Assembly (NCBI GenBank): GCA_965215565.1
Contig: CBDCDZ010000004.1
Location: 2,368,001 to 2,432,000, forward strand
DNA from: Trueperaceae bacterium
GTDB taxonomy: Bacteria > Deinococcota > Deinococci > Deinococcales > Trueperaceae
Reading direction: 5' to 3'
Length of the DNA: 64,000 nucleotides
Shown here: positions 20,801-31,161 of the stretch, piece by piece
How positions within the stretch are numbered: the first letter of the stretch is position 1
How the letters are laid out: the number at the start of each line of letters is the position of its first letter
The notes under the pieces: model-generated
What the model was told of the DNA's origin: nothing
Databases searched by the model: none
What the model saw: only the letters and a program-made list of their open reading frames with translations
Made by a program: the position numbers and the translations under genes

Positions 20801-20830
20801 GCACGAGATAGTTTGCAAACTATCTCGTGC
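20801..20830. repeat. Perfect 30-bp palindrome
   Basis: GCACGAGATAGTTTG/CAAACTATCTCGTGC. Confidence 0.9.
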
Positions 20831-20868
20831 AACCGTGTATTAGAAGTTTCTTCTGTTAGCATGAGCGT

Positions 20869-22038
20869 ATGCCTCGCCCCCTCATCCTCTTCGCAACGAT
20901 TGCCGCTGGCGGGTCGCACGTTTCTTCAGCAGAGGCGATGGCGCAAGCGGTTGAAGCGAGTTACCCCGGAATGTACCGCTTGGAGCTGTCCGACCTCATG
21001 AAAGACCTGGGCTTCAGTCGCTTCGACGCGCTGCATAAGCGCTCCTGGCGACGCGCGTTGGAGAATCCTTGGACCGTCACCTGGGGACAGCGCCTGATCG
21101 ACTCTATGCCGAGTCTCACCGTCAGGGCGCACCGCACGCTGCTGCGCCGCTTCGCCGAGGCCGCTGCGGCGCGCCTACGCGAGCGCCGCCCCAAACTTAT
21201 CGTCGCCAATCACGGCTGGCTCACTACAGCGCTGACGCTGGCTCAGCGCCGCTTCGCTCTGGACGTTCCCGTGCTCACCTTTCAAACTTCAACGCTCGAC
21301 GCCAGCGCGCTCTGGGCCGACCCGCAAGCCGAACGCTTCATGCTCGGCTCGCCCGTTGCCAAAGAGATGTTAGTGCGGCTCGGCGTGAACCGCGACAAAA
21401 TAGACGTGGTCGGCTACCCCGTCAAGCAGTCGTTCATTCACGCGCCCGATAAAGGGCGCGCCAGAGAGACGTTGGGGCTCAAAAACCTCTTCACCTGCCT
21501 CATCTTGCTGGGCGGCGAAGGGGTAGGCGGGCAGCCTACGGCGCTCATACGCGCTCTGCGCAGCTTGGACTTCCCTGTTCAGATCGTCGTCATCGCGGGG
21601 CGCAACGCCGCCCTGAAACGCACGTTGGACAGCTTGAGCGCCAGTGACCCTCTACTATGCCCACAAGGATTCGTGAGCAACGTGGCGGACTTTGTAGCGG
21701 CTAGCGACGTCGTCATCGGTAAAACCGGACCGGCAACAGTATTTGAAAGCTTGGCGGTGGGGCGTCCGGTCTTAGCGCCGCGTCTCTCGGGCGGCAACGA
21801 GAACCGGATGCTCCGCTTTTTAGAAACGCACGAACTCGGGTGCTATGTGCCGACCGCGGACACCTTAGAAGAGACGCTCAGCCGCTACTACCATGAACCC
21901 GAACAGCTCACCCGAGTCGAGTTGCGAGCGCAAGCCTTCGACTTTCCCGGCATGACCGAGCGCGTCGCCCGCTACATCGTCCACTACGCCGAGACGCGCC
22001 GCCCCGACCCGGCACTTCTAGGTCAGGGGATAAGCTGA
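20869..22038 (+). CDS. MGDG synthase/UgtP-type GT28 glycosyltransferase
   Basis: GGSH, GYPV, GGEGVG, AGRN, IGKTGP motifs. Confidence 0.85.
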   Translation: MPRPLILFATIAAGGSHVSSAEAMAQAVEASYPGMYRLELSDLMKDLGFSRFDALHKRSWRRALENPWTVTWGQRLIDSMPSLTVRAHRTLLRRFAEAAAARLRERRPKLIVANHGWLTTALTLAQRRFALDVPVLTFQTSTLDASALWADPQAERFMLGSPVAKEMLVRLGVNRDKIDVVGYPVKQSFIHAPDKGRARETLGLKNLFTCLILLGGEGVGGQPTALIRALRSLDFPVQIVVIAGRNAALKRTLDSLSASDPLLCPQGFVSNVADFVAASDVVIGKTGPATVFESLAVGRPVLAPRLSGGNENRMLRFLETHELGCYVPTADTLEETLSRYYHEPEQLTRVELRAQAFDFPGMTERVARYIVHYAETRRPDPALLGQGIS

Positions 22039-23031
22039 GTGCGTAGATTCTGGCAAACGCTCCTCATCTCCCTCTTTCTAGGCCTCGGCAGCCTCTATCT
22101 CATCCTCCCTGAGACCTTTCAGTGGGAGACGCTGCGCACGTTAGGAACGTTGGGGATACCCCAACTCGCGCTCCTAGTCAGCGTGCTCGCCCTGCGTTGG
22201 CTCGTCGGCGGTTGGCGCACCGCGCTGCTCGTGCGGCTGAGCGGCGCGTCCCTCTCGCTCTGGCAAGGCGTAAGAGCGCACGTCGTCGGGATTTTCGCTT
22301 CGGTCATTACGCCAGCGGGAGGCGGCAACGCGCTCGGCGTCACCTGGCTCCTGACCCGTTACAACGTGCCCTTACAAAACGCAGTGATGACGAGCGTGCT
22401 CGTGACGGTGCTCGACATGGCGTTTTTCGCCTGGGGCGTGCCCGTCGCCTTTCTCTACCTCCTGCACGTCGGGACGTCCTTACCCTTGGCGGGGCTCGGC
22501 TGGTTGGTGGCGCTCTTCTCGACGGTTGTCTTTTCGCTGAGCTTTCTCGTGACGTTTCGCCTGCGCCTCTTTATCAAAGGGGTTCGCGCCCTGTTTCGGC
22601 TCCCTGGGCTGCGCCGCTACGCGGAGAGGATCAGCACTTTTCTCACGAATTTGGAGTCTGCGAGCCGCACGTTCGCCAGGGCACCTTGGTACGTTCACCT
22701 CGCTATGCACGCCTGCTCCGCGCTTTTTTGGGTCGTCAGCTTCGCCTTTCTCAACGCGGTCGCGCTCGCCTTGCAGCTCGGCGTGCCGCAGCTCGAGCTG
22801 CTCGCCATCCGCACCCTCATTCACGCCTTCGCCTTCGCCGTGCCGACGCCGGGCGCGAGCGGCTACATGGAGGGCGCGCTCTCGCTCGCCTTGGCCGGAC
22901 GCGCCACCCCGCAACTCGTCTCGACAACCGTGCTCGTGTGGCGCTCGCTCACCTATTACCTCTACTTCGTGCTGGGCCCGCTCATCAGCGGGCGGGCGCT
23001 GACGAAGCGTAGGGCGGTGGGGCTCGAGTAA
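22039..23031 (+). CDS. Lysylphosphatidylglycerol synthase TM/flippase-like protein
   Basis: ITPAGGG, PTPGASG..E, WRSLTYY; abuts the glycosyltransferase gene. Confidence 0.8.
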   Translation: MRRFWQTLLISLFLGLGSLYLILPETFQWETLRTLGTLGIPQLALLVSVLALRWLVGGWRTALLVRLSGASLSLWQGVRAHVVGIFASVITPAGGGNALGVTWLLTRYNVPLQNAVMTSVLVTVLDMAFFAWGVPVAFLYLLHVGTSLPLAGLGWLVALFSTVVFSLSFLVTFRLRLFIKGVRALFRLPGLRRYAERISTFLTNLESASRTFARAPWYVHLAMHACSALFWVVSFAFLNAVALALQLGVPQLELLAIRTLIHAFAFAVPTPGASGYMEGALSLALAGRATPQLVSTTVLVWRSLTYYLYFVLGPLISGRALTKRRAVGLE

Positions 23032-23043
23032 ACGCGCGCTTGG

Positions 23044-24555
23044 CTATTCCTTGCCCAGCCGCTGCGGTCTCACCCAGCTACGTCCGTCCCTCGCGATGAG
23101 TTCGGTAGCGCTGTCCGGTCCCCACGTGCCCGCGTCGTATGTGGAGATACCGGGGCTCCGCTGCCAATATTCCAGCACAGGCATCACGATTTCCCACGCC
23201 TTCTCCACCTGGTCGCTGCGCATAAAGAGCGTCGCGTCGCCGCGCATGGCGTCTAGGAGCAGGGCTTCGTACGCTTCGGGTGAGGCAGTCTGAAAGGCGT
23301 TTTTGTAACTAAACGTCATGTCCACGCCGCCGAGCTGCATCTCTAGGCCCGGCACCTTCGCCTGCATCCGAATGGCGATTCCCTCGTTCGGCTGCAAAAA
23401 CATCAAGAGGTCGTTGGGTTGCCAGTGCGAGGAGAGCGTCTCGGGAAAGGCTTGGTGCGGCACCGGCTTAAAGCGGATGACCACCTCCGAGACGCGCTCG
23501 CTGAGCCGCTTGCCGCTACGCAGATAGAAGGGCACGCCGCGCCAGCGCCAGTTGTCGATGTAGAGTTTTAGCGCGGCGAAGGTTTCCGTCGTGGAGCCTT
23601 CCGCCACGTCGGGCTCGTCACGGTACGCCGGGGCGTGGTCGCCGTGGATCCAGCCGTCGCCGTATTGACCTCGCGCCGCCATGTCGGGTACGTCCCCCAG
23701 TTCGAGCGGCCTTACCGCCCGCAGCACGTCCACCTTGCGGCTGCGAATCTCGTCCGCGCCGAACGAGACGGGCGGCTCCATCGCGACGAGGCAGAAGACC
23801 TGCATGAGGTGGTTCTGCACCATGTCGCGCAGCGCACCCGCGTGGTCGTAGTAACCGCCCCGGTGCCCCACGCCGACGCTCTCGGTCACGGTAATCTGCA
23901 CGTGGTCGATGTAGTTGCGGTTCCAGATGGGCTCGTAGAGGGCGTTCGCAAAGCGAAAGGCGAGAATGTTCTGCACCGTCTCCTTGCCCAGATAGTGGTC
24001 GATGCGGTAAATCTGCTCCTCGGGACAGATGTTGAGGAGCTTGCGGTTCAGCTCTCGAGCGGACTCCAAGTCATGCCCGAACGGTTTCTCCACGACGATG
24101 CGGCTGCGCACGTGGTCGTTTAAGAGCCCTGCCGCGTTGAGGTTTTCCGCGATGGTCTCCACAAAGGTCGGCGCGGTGGCCAAGTAGAAGATGTGATCGG
24201 CCTCGAGCCCCCACGCTTGGTCACACGCCTCCAACCTCTTGTCAAGCGCCTGATAGGTCTCCGCTTGGCTGAAGTCACCCTGCAAATAGCTCAGCTTCTC
24301 CGCGAACGCCTCCCAAGTCTCCTCTATCTTCTTCTGATAGCGAGCGTGCTTGTTCACGCCGTCCTTCGCGTGCGCCTTGAAACCTGCGTCGTCAAACTCC
24401 CGAATATCTACGCCGATGATGTTCACCTCGTCGGGCAAGTAGCCCGCCGCGTAGAGGTCGAATAGAGCTGGAACGAGCTTGCGCCAGGTGAGGTCGCCGC
24501 CTGCGCCGAAGATGGTGATGATATTGGGTGGTGGTTGGATGCTCTGGTGTGCCAC
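23044..24555 (-). CDS. zwf: Glucose-6-phosphate 1-dehydrogenase
   Basis: GAGGDL, EKPFG, RIDHYLGKE, RDMVQNH. Confidence 0.98.
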   Translation of the reverse strand: MAHQSIQPPPNIITIFGAGGDLTWRKLVPALFDLYAAGYLPDEVNIIGVDIREFDDAGFKAHAKDGVNKHARYQKKIEETWEAFAEKLSYLQGDFSQAETYQALDKRLEACDQAWGLEADHIFYLATAPTFVETIAENLNAAGLLNDHVRSRIVVEKPFGHDLESARELNRKLLNICPEEQIYRIDHYLGKETVQNILAFRFANALYEPIWNRNYIDHVQITVTESVGVGHRGGYYDHAGALRDMVQNHLMQVFCLVAMEPPVSFGADEIRSRKVDVLRAVRPLELGDVPDMAARGQYGDGWIHGDHAPAYRDEPDVAEGSTTETFAALKLYIDNWRWRGVPFYLRSGKRLSERVSEVVIRFKPVPHQAFPETLSSHWQPNDLLMFLQPNEGIAIRMQAKVPGLEMQLGGVDMTFSYKNAFQTASPEAYEALLLDAMRGDATLFMRSDQVEKAWEIVMPVLEYWQRSPGISTYDAGTWGPDSATELIARDGRSWVRPQRLGKE

Positions 24556-24642
24556 GTTTCCCCCTATAAAAGCTCAGTTGTAAGTATCAGAAGTTTGGTC
24601 TTTATTGGATGAGGCAGGAACCTTGATCGAGTTCGGTTGAAT

Positions 24643-24754
24643 AGAGCAATTAACATAAGTACTGATTGGAATAGCGCAAGTATCATTCTCAAATGTGCGT
24701 GCTACACGGTGTTCTACATCGTGAGAGCGTCTCAAACCAAATGATACTTGCTAT
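24643..24754 (-). mobile_element. TAGCA repeat family copy B, 112 bp
   Basis: Reverse complement of copy A with about 3 differences. Confidence 0.85.
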
Positions 24755-24780
24755 AGAGGATAACACCTGTAAAATCGAGG

Positions 24781-25587
24781 ATGACGAAGAACCATGACCC
24801 TTATGATGCCGCTAAGGACGTCGCGGCGCAATTCGCCAAGCTTGGTGAAGTCGAAGTCGTGTGGCTCGGCGGCTCACAAGCGACGGGTCGAGCCAATGCT
24901 CACTCCGACATCGACCTCTACATCTATTCTCAGGATGCGTTGTCTGTAGAGGCTCGAGCCTCCATTACCAAACCCAGGGCGAGAGAAGCACAACTCGACA
25001 ATCCTTTTTGGGAGGTCGAGGACTTTTGGCTCGAGCGAGAGAGCGGCACTAAAGTCGAAGCGATGTACCGCAAGCTCGACTGGGAAATCGACTATCTCGA
25101 GGACTTATTCCGCAACAACCGCGCCCAGATGGGTTTCAGCACGAGCCGCTGGCACGCGATTCGTACGGCTAAAATTTTATTTGACCGCGAAGGACGGGCG
25201 GCGTCACTTCAAAGGTCAGCGGACGTCCCCTATCCCGACGCACTTGCCCACGCCATCATCAAAACGAACTTCGCCCTGCTCCGGGGGAGTTTGGCGGCGC
25301 ACCCCAAACAGATAGCAGCGGCTACCGCGCGTGATGACCTCGTCTTCGTCCACAGCCGCATCGACGCCCTGCTCGACAGCTATTTCGACGTCGTCTTCGC
25401 GCTCAACCGAGCCCTGCACTCCGGCGCGAAGCGGCAACTCACCTATGCTGAAGAACTAAGGCTGAAACCAGAGAGGATGAGAGAAGACGTCACCGCGCTG
25501 CTCACCTACCGTGACCCTCAACAGGTCGTTGGCAACGTCGAGGTGCTGATTGATCGCCTCGAGGCGCTGTTAGTGGCGCATTCCTAA
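24781..25587 (+). CDS. Nucleotidyltransferase domain protein (DUF4037-like)
   Basis: LGGS.ATG...SDIDLY motif; YFDVVFALN...H.G.KR. Confidence 0.8.
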   Translation: MTKNHDPYDAAKDVAAQFAKLGEVEVVWLGGSQATGRANAHSDIDLYIYSQDALSVEARASITKPRAREAQLDNPFWEVEDFWLERESGTKVEAMYRKLDWEIDYLEDLFRNNRAQMGFSTSRWHAIRTAKILFDREGRAASLQRSADVPYPDALAHAIIKTNFALLRGSLAAHPKQIAAATARDDLVFVHSRIDALLDSYFDVVFALNRALHSGAKRQLTYAEELRLKPERMREDVTALLTYRDPQQVVGNVEVLIDRLEALLVAHS

Positions 25588-25618
25588 GTACGTTTTGACT
25601 CTGTTGCAATTCTCGAGC

Positions 25619-27223
25619 CTAACTCTCACCCTCCTCACCCCAGCCGCCCCCGCCCGGCGAGGCAATCACCAAACGGTCTCCGGGCTCCGCCCGAAAACTC
25701 ACTTTGCCCTCGAGCTTTTTCTCCTCACCGTTTCGGTAAAGCCTGTTCTCACCTCTCGCCCCCGCTTGCCCGCCTTGCAGACCATAAGGCGACCGCTTGC
25801 GCCGCTCGCTTAAAATCGTCACGTCGGCAGGCACTTCGAAGGTCAACTCGCGCTCTAAACCGTCGCCCCCTCTCGCTTCGCCTTTTCCGCCAGAATCACT
25901 GCGCAGCCGATACGCTGTAATTCGCATCGGATAGGCGTACTCGAACGCCTCGATGGGCGTATTCAGCGTATTGCTCATGTGCGTGTGGACGCCGGAGAGC
26001 CCGTCCATGTGAGGACGCGCGCCCATGCCGCCACCCATCGTCTCGTAGTAGGCAAACGTCGCACCCGTATGCGAGTCCACACCGCCCGCCGTCACGTTGT
26101 TCATCGTGCCCTGGCTCGCTGCCGGAACTCTCTCGGGGAGCACTTTGGCAAGTGCGCCGAAGACGACATCGGTGATGCGCTGCGAAGTCTCGACGTTGCC
26201 TTGCGCGACAGCGGCGGGTTCTTGCGCGTTTACCACGGTTCCTTTTGGCGCGATAACCTCGACGGGCGCAAACGTTCCGTGGTTCGTCGGCGCGTCCTCA
26301 GGCATGAGACAGCGCACCACATAGTAGGCCGCCGACTTCGCCACCGCCGCCACCGTGTTCACGTTGCCGCGCACCTGAGGGCTACTGCCTGTGAAGTCCA
26401 CGGTGAGGTCGCTTCCTTGTACAGTTAGTTTGACGCGGATAGGGACGACATCATCCGTGACGCCGTCGCTGTCTAGGGCGTCTTCGAAGCTATATTCACC
26501 GTCGGGGACCTCTTCCAAGGCGCTTCTCGTCAAGCGCTCGGTGTAGGCGATAAGTTCGTCCACGTGGGCTCGGACGGTCTCCAGACCCCACCTCGAAACC
26601 AGCTCCTGCAACCGTTTGTTCGCCGTGCGGTTTGTCGCAATCTGCGCGTTCAAGTCCCCGCGCCGCTCGCCTGGCGTACGCACGTTGCGGTAGATGAGCC
26701 CCAACACGCCCTCGTTCGCCTTACCTGCTTCGTAGAGTTTCGTCGGCGGAATGATGATGCCCTCTTGATACAACTCCGTCGCTTTCGGCATCGAGCCCGC
26801 CGACATACCGCCCACGTCCGAGTGGTGGGCGCGGTTCGCGGCGTAGCCGATGAAGACCTTTTCGTTATCCAGCTCCACGTACATCGGCGAAACAACGGTG
26901 ATGTCCGGTAAGTGCGTCCCACCCAAAAAGGGGTCATTAAGCGCCACCACATCGCCCTCGTCCAGCTTGCCGAAAACCTCCACCGCCGCCGTGACCGAGT
27001 CGGGCATCGAGCCGAGGTGCACGGGCATATGCGCCCCCTGCGCAATCATGCGAGCGTCCGCGTCGTAAATCGCGCAGGAGAAGTCGCGCCGCTCCTTGAT
27101 GTTGGGCGAGTACGAGGTGCGTGTCAAGACCGCGCCCATCTCCTCGGCGATGGCGGTCAAGCTGCTGCGAAAGATTTCTAAGCTTACAGGTGTGACTTTT
27201 GGGTCTACTTTCGCTTTGCTCAC
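25619..27223 (-). CDS. Hydantoinase B/oxoprolinase family protein
   Basis: SPNIKERRDFSC, PVHLG, NDPF.GGTHLPD, GGGGWG. Confidence 0.93.
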   Translation of the reverse strand: MSKAKVDPKVTPVSLEIFRSSLTAIAEEMGAVLTRTSYSPNIKERRDFSCAIYDADARMIAQGAHMPVHLGSMPDSVTAAVEVFGKLDEGDVVALNDPFLGGTHLPDITVVSPMYVELDNEKVFIGYAANRAHHSDVGGMSAGSMPKATELYQEGIIIPPTKLYEAGKANEGVLGLIYRNVRTPGERRGDLNAQIATNRTANKRLQELVSRWGLETVRAHVDELIAYTERLTRSALEEVPDGEYSFEDALDSDGVTDDVVPIRVKLTVQGSDLTVDFTGSSPQVRGNVNTVAAVAKSAAYYVVRCLMPEDAPTNHGTFAPVEVIAPKGTVVNAQEPAAVAQGNVETSQRITDVVFGALAKVLPERVPAASQGTMNNVTAGGVDSHTGATFAYYETMGGGMGARPHMDGLSGVHTHMSNTLNTPIEAFEYAYPMRITAYRLRSDSGGKGEARGGDGLERELTFEVPADVTILSERRKRSPYGLQGGQAGARGENRLYRNGEEKKLEGKVSFRAEPGDRLVIASPGGGGWGEEGES

Positions 27224-29220
27224 GCCGTTTCTCCAACTTCGATGATGAGGTTCTTGACGGCGTCTACTTTCGCGTGCCAGCCTGGAGGAATTACGGTTGT
27301 GGTGTCGTACTGTGTGACGACGGCGGGACCATCAAAGCGTGCGCCCGGCTTTAAGTCATCACGTTCAAAGATACCTGTTTTCAACCGCTCAACCTCTCCC
27401 TCTTTTTCGAACACAACCTCTTGCACGCTGCTGGGTTCCGCCTCACGCTCCGAGACCTCTTCTGTGGGAAGCTCCGGTTTCTCCGCGCTCGCTTTCGCCT
27501 TCAATCTCGCGTTGACAATTTGCACCCGCTCCTCTTCGTTGCTGTGACCAAAGCGCTGTTCGTGGGCGTCGTGAAAAACCTTTACCGCATTTTTCACATC
27601 GCCTTCATAGGGCACGACCAACTCAAAGGATTGACCCTGATAGCGCAAGTCTAAGAAGGGCTCCAACGCCATCTCCTCATCCGAAAACCCTTCGTGCTCC
27701 AACTCACCTCTTCCCTGTTCGTACAACCCTTCAAACGTCCTCTCGACCTCTTCTTGCGCTTCGTCCGCGGGGCGCATCACGGTCTGCACGTAGTCCTTTT
27801 TCACGTCCGCCGCGAGCATCCCTAATGCGGATAAAACGCCTGCCGCGTTGGGGATAAGAACTTTGGGAATACTTAGAGCGGAGGCGAGTTCGCACGCTTG
27901 AAGCGGTCCCGCCCCGCCAAACGCCGTGAGCGTACATTCGCGCTGGTCCACGCCGCGCTCCACGGTGATGACGCGAATCGCCGCCTCCATGTTCGCATTC
28001 GCCACGCGGACGATGCCGAGTGCGGCGTCTTCGGAAGAGGTCCCCAACCTCTCTGCAATTTTCTCAACCGCTCTTTTTGCTGCCTCTTGCTCGAGCCTCA
28101 TCTCCCCGCCCAGAAAGTTATCGGGTAAGAGCCGCCCCAACACCACGTTCGCGTCTGTGAGCGTCGCCTCCTCGCCCCCGTTGCCGTACGCCGCCGGTCC
28201 CGGCTCCGCGCCCGCCGACTTTGGACCTACGCGGAGCGCCCCGCCCGCGTCGAACCACGCCACGCTGCCGCCGCCCGCCCCAACCGTGTGAATGTCGATC
28301 ATCGGCAGCTTGCAGGGATAGCCGCCTACTTTACCTTCCGTCGTCTCGCTCAGCTCACCGTCAATCAGCGCCACATCCGAAGAGGTGCCGCCCGTGTCGA
28401 AGCTGATGACCTTGTCGAATCCAGACGCGCCCGCCACAAACGCCGCGCCGACGACGCCCGCCGCCGGACCGGACAAGAGGGTGCGGGCGGCGTTTTGACG
28501 CGCCGTTTGGCTCGAGATAGACCCCCCGTTACTCTGCATCACCCGGAAGGGAAGCTTGTTGGGTAGTGCTCCCTCGAGCCGCTCCAAATACCGCCCCATC
28601 ACCGGCGCGACGTAAGCGTTCAGAACGACTGTGCTGGTGCGTTCGTATTCTCTAAATTCGGGGACGACTTCGGAGGAAACGGAGATAGGCACACCTAGAG
28701 ACTTCGCAGCTTTGGCGACCTCTTGCTCGTGTTCAGGATTCGTGAAGCTGAAGAGCAAGCAGATGGCGACAGACTCGACCTCTTCATCTTTCAACGCTTG
28801 GACGGCTTTTTCCAACGACGCTTCATCTAATTCCGTCATCACCTCGCCGCGCTCGTTCAACCTCTCCGTGACCTCGATGCGGCGTTCACGCGGCACCAAA
28901 GGCGGCTCCTTCTCCTGGCGCAAGTCGTAAAGTTTAGGGCGAGTTTGGCGTCCTATCTCTAAAACATCCCGAAAGCCCGCCGTCGCGATGAGCCCCGTTC
29001 GTGCACCTCGGTGCTCCAATACGGCGTTCGTCGCCACCGTCGAGCCGTGGACTAAAGCGTCCAACTCGCCCAGCGTCCCCAACGCCTTTAAGCCCTCTAA
29101 AATCGCTTTAGACGGGTCTTCTGGCGTTGACAGCACCTTGTGAACGCGCAGCTCACCTCTTTCAAACCAGACGATATCCGTAAATGTTCCGCCCGTGTCT
29201 ACCCCGACAAGAACGCTCAC
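27220..29220 (-). CDS. Hydantoinase A/oxoprolinase family protein
   Basis: DTGGTFTD, HGSTVATN, SGPAAG, GAGGGS, GPAAYG. Confidence 0.93.
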   Translation of the reverse strand: MSVLVGVDTGGTFTDIVWFERGELRVHKVLSTPEDPSKAILEGLKALGTLGELDALVHGSTVATNAVLEHRGARTGLIATAGFRDVLEIGRQTRPKLYDLRQEKEPPLVPRERRIEVTERLNERGEVMTELDEASLEKAVQALKDEEVESVAICLLFSFTNPEHEQEVAKAAKSLGVPISVSSEVVPEFREYERTSTVVLNAYVAPVMGRYLERLEGALPNKLPFRVMQSNGGSISSQTARQNAARTLLSGPAAGVVGAAFVAGASGFDKVISFDTGGTSSDVALIDGELSETTEGKVGGYPCKLPMIDIHTVGAGGGSVAWFDAGGALRVGPKSAGAEPGPAAYGNGGEEATLTDANVVLGRLLPDNFLGGEMRLEQEAAKRAVEKIAERLGTSSEDAALGIVRVANANMEAAIRVITVERGVDQRECTLTAFGGAGPLQACELASALSIPKVLIPNAAGVLSALGMLAADVKKDYVQTVMRPADEAQEEVERTFEGLYEQGRGELEHEGFSDEEMALEPFLDLRYQGQSFELVVPYEGDVKNAVKVFHDAHEQRFGHSNEEERVQIVNARLKAKASAEKPELPTEEVSEREAEPSSVQEVVFEKEGEVERLKTGIFERDDLKPGARFDGPAVVTQYDTTTVIPPGWHAKVDAVKNLIIEVGETA

Positions 29221-29328
29221 GCGACACCTCTCGTGTTGATAATTTTCATGTCCACACTATACGGCGTCGTGCGAACGCGCTTAGCCTCGAGCTTTTCAAA
29301 ATGCTATCTTAGCGCCATGCTGCAAATA

Positions 29329-29441
29329 GTAGCAGTTCCACGACATACTGAGACAGTTGAGCGCAAATATCATCCCTCGAAGTGCGTGCTAGACTGTTCA
29401 TCTCTCACTAAGGGTGTTTCTGACCAGATGATACCTGCTAT
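29329..29441 (-). mobile_element. TAGCA repeat family copy E, 113 bp
   Basis: TAGCAGTTCCACGACATACTGAGAC...GACCAGATGATACCTGCTAT. Confidence 0.85.
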
Positions 29442-29465
29442 AGTAAAGATAATCTCGAGGACTCC

Positions 29466-30437
29466 ATGCGCTTCGACCTCCCGTTAGAAGAACTCCAAGT
29501 TTATAAGCCGCCGCGCCAAGAGCCAGACGACTTCGATACCTTTTGGCAGCGTTCATTAGAAGAAGCACGTCAGTTCGACCTCAACGCGGTTTTTGAGCCC
29601 GTAGATTACAATTTAGTCACCATAGATACCTTCGACGTGACCTTTTCGGGCTACGGCGGGCAAAGAATCAAGGGCTGGTTTCTACTCCCGAAGCAGCGCC
29701 GCGCACCTCTTCCCTGCATTATCGAGTACATCGGCTACGGCGGTGGACGCGGCTTTCCTACGGACTGGCTCTTCTGGGCGAGCATGGGTTACGCCTACTT
29801 TGTGATGGACACGAGAGGTCAGGGGAGCGCGTGGCGGCAAGGGGATACGCCGGATTTACACGAGGGCTCGAGCCCTCACCACCCCGGCTTCATGACTTTA
29901 GGAGTTTTAGACCCCGAGACGTACTATTATCGCCGTTTATTCATAGACGCTGTACGCGCTTTGGACGCGGTGAAGGAACGCGAAGAGGTCGACTCGAGCA
30001 AACTTATTGTTACAGGTGCGAGTCAAGGCGGCGGCGTTTCACTAGCCGTTGCTGGACTTGTCCAAGAGGTCAGCGCCGTCATGCCCGACGTGCCCTTCTT
30101 ATGTCACTACCGCCGCGCCACTGAGATTACAGATAACACGCCCTACTCCGAAATCGCGCACTTTTGCAAAATCCACCGCGATAAGGTGGAGACGGTATTT
30201 CAAACGCTTAGCTACTTCGATGGGGTGAACTTCGCCTCGAGAGCCAAAGCTAAAGCCCTCTTCTCCGCCGCGCTGATGGACCTCACCTGTCCGCCTTCGA
30301 CGGTTTTTGCAGCGCACAACCACTACGCGGGGGAGAAAGATATTCGCGTTTATCCCTATAACAATCATGAGGGTGGAGAAAGTTTTCAGAGGTTGGAGCA
30401 GGTGAGGTGGTTGAAAGGCGTTTTAAACGGAAAGTGA
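29466..30437 (+). CDS. Acetyl xylan esterase/cephalosporin-C deacetylase (CE7)
   Basis: [24 protein letters not shown]. Confidence 0.92.
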   Translation: MRFDLPLEELQVYKPPRQEPDDFDTFWQRSLEEARQFDLNAVFEPVDYNLVTIDTFDVTFSGYGGQRIKGWFLLPKQRRAPLPCIIEYIGYGGGRGFPTDWLFWASMGYAYFVMDTRGQGSAWRQGDTPDLHEGSSPHHPGFMTLGVLDPETYYYRRLFIDAVRALDAVKEREEVDSSKLIVTGASQGGGVSLAVAGLVQEVSAVMPDVPFLCHYRRATEITDNTPYSEIAHFCKIHRDKVETVFQTLSYFDGVNFASRAKAKALFSAALMDLTCPPSTVFAAHNHYAGEKDIRVYPYNNHEGGESFQRLEQVRWLKGVLNGK

Positions 30438-30447
30438 ACTGAAAACC

Positions 30448-30789
30448 TCAAGGCAAGTCACCTATCTCCACGAGGTTTTCACCTGATTCGAGCAGCACCA
30501 AAGCCTTCTCAAACGTCCTCTTCAGTACGAACTTCAGATGGGTATTCGTCGTATTGCCGAGGGTTAGCCAGATAATTTGGGGAGGTGGACCGTACTGCTC
30601 GAGCATCGCAACAAAATCAGCGTCTTTAGTGATGACCACAGCAGACGCTTCCCTAGCAGCTCCAAAAATCACCTTATCTGCTGCGTCTCGGTAGCCGAGA
30701 AATTTAACCGAATAGGCTTCTACGCCGAAGGTCTCAGTGAGCCAAGGTGCTAACGCAGGTGAGAGTTGCGCGTCAATCCAAAAGGTCAC
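30448..30789 (-). CDS. DUF5615 PIN-like toxin
   Basis: WIDAQLSP, D..IF, ITKDADF, GPPPQIIWL. Confidence 0.88.
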   Translation of the reverse strand: MTFWIDAQLSPALAPWLTETFGVEAYSVKFLGYRDAADKVIFGAAREASAVVITKDADFVAMLEQYGPPPQIIWLTLGNTTNTHLKFVLKRTFEKALVLLESGENLVEIGDLP

Positions 30790-30799
30790 GCCCGAAAGA

Positions 30800-31036
30800 T
30801 CAAGCTGCGAGCACGGGGTGGTCTAATCTCCGTGACGCGAACATGAGCGAGGCGGTAATATCCTCAGCTTCTAAGTCGGGTAGCTCCTCAAGAACTTGCT
30901 CGTGAGATAGACCAGCAGCCAGCAAGTCGAGCACATCAATGACACGAATCCGCATACCCCTGATGCAAGGGCGTCCTCCGCACTGTTCGGGGTTGATGGT
31001 GATTCGTTTTAGTAGGTGGCTCGAGTCGTTGCTCAT
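30800..31036 (-). CDS. DUF433 antitoxin
   Basis: RITINPEQCGGRPCIRGMRIRV. Confidence 0.92.
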   Translation of the reverse strand: MSNDSSHLLKRITINPEQCGGRPCIRGMRIRVIDVLDLLAAGLSHEQVLEELPDLEAEDITASLMFASRRLDHPVLAA

Positions 31037-31161
31037 AAAGGTATTGTACGTAATGGCAGAGAAAGAAAACAAGCATTGGAGGTTGGAGCGGGTGAGGGGG
31101 TTAGATGATACGCTATAGCGATACCAAAGTAACTGACAAGCACTACGGGTACACTGATTGC

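Noticed and set aside
24781..25587. Nucleotidyltransferase as CBASS or MNT-HEPN system
   Set aside because: DUF4037-like stand-alone gene with no adjacent effector or HEPN partner.
29140..29487. Recurring peptide ..PRHTET..NQMIPAI in ORFs 29140+, 12146-, 55838-, 11949+ as a protein family
   Set aside because: These are translations of the repeat. The frame is broken in copy C and starts are inconsistent, so they are treated as spurious.
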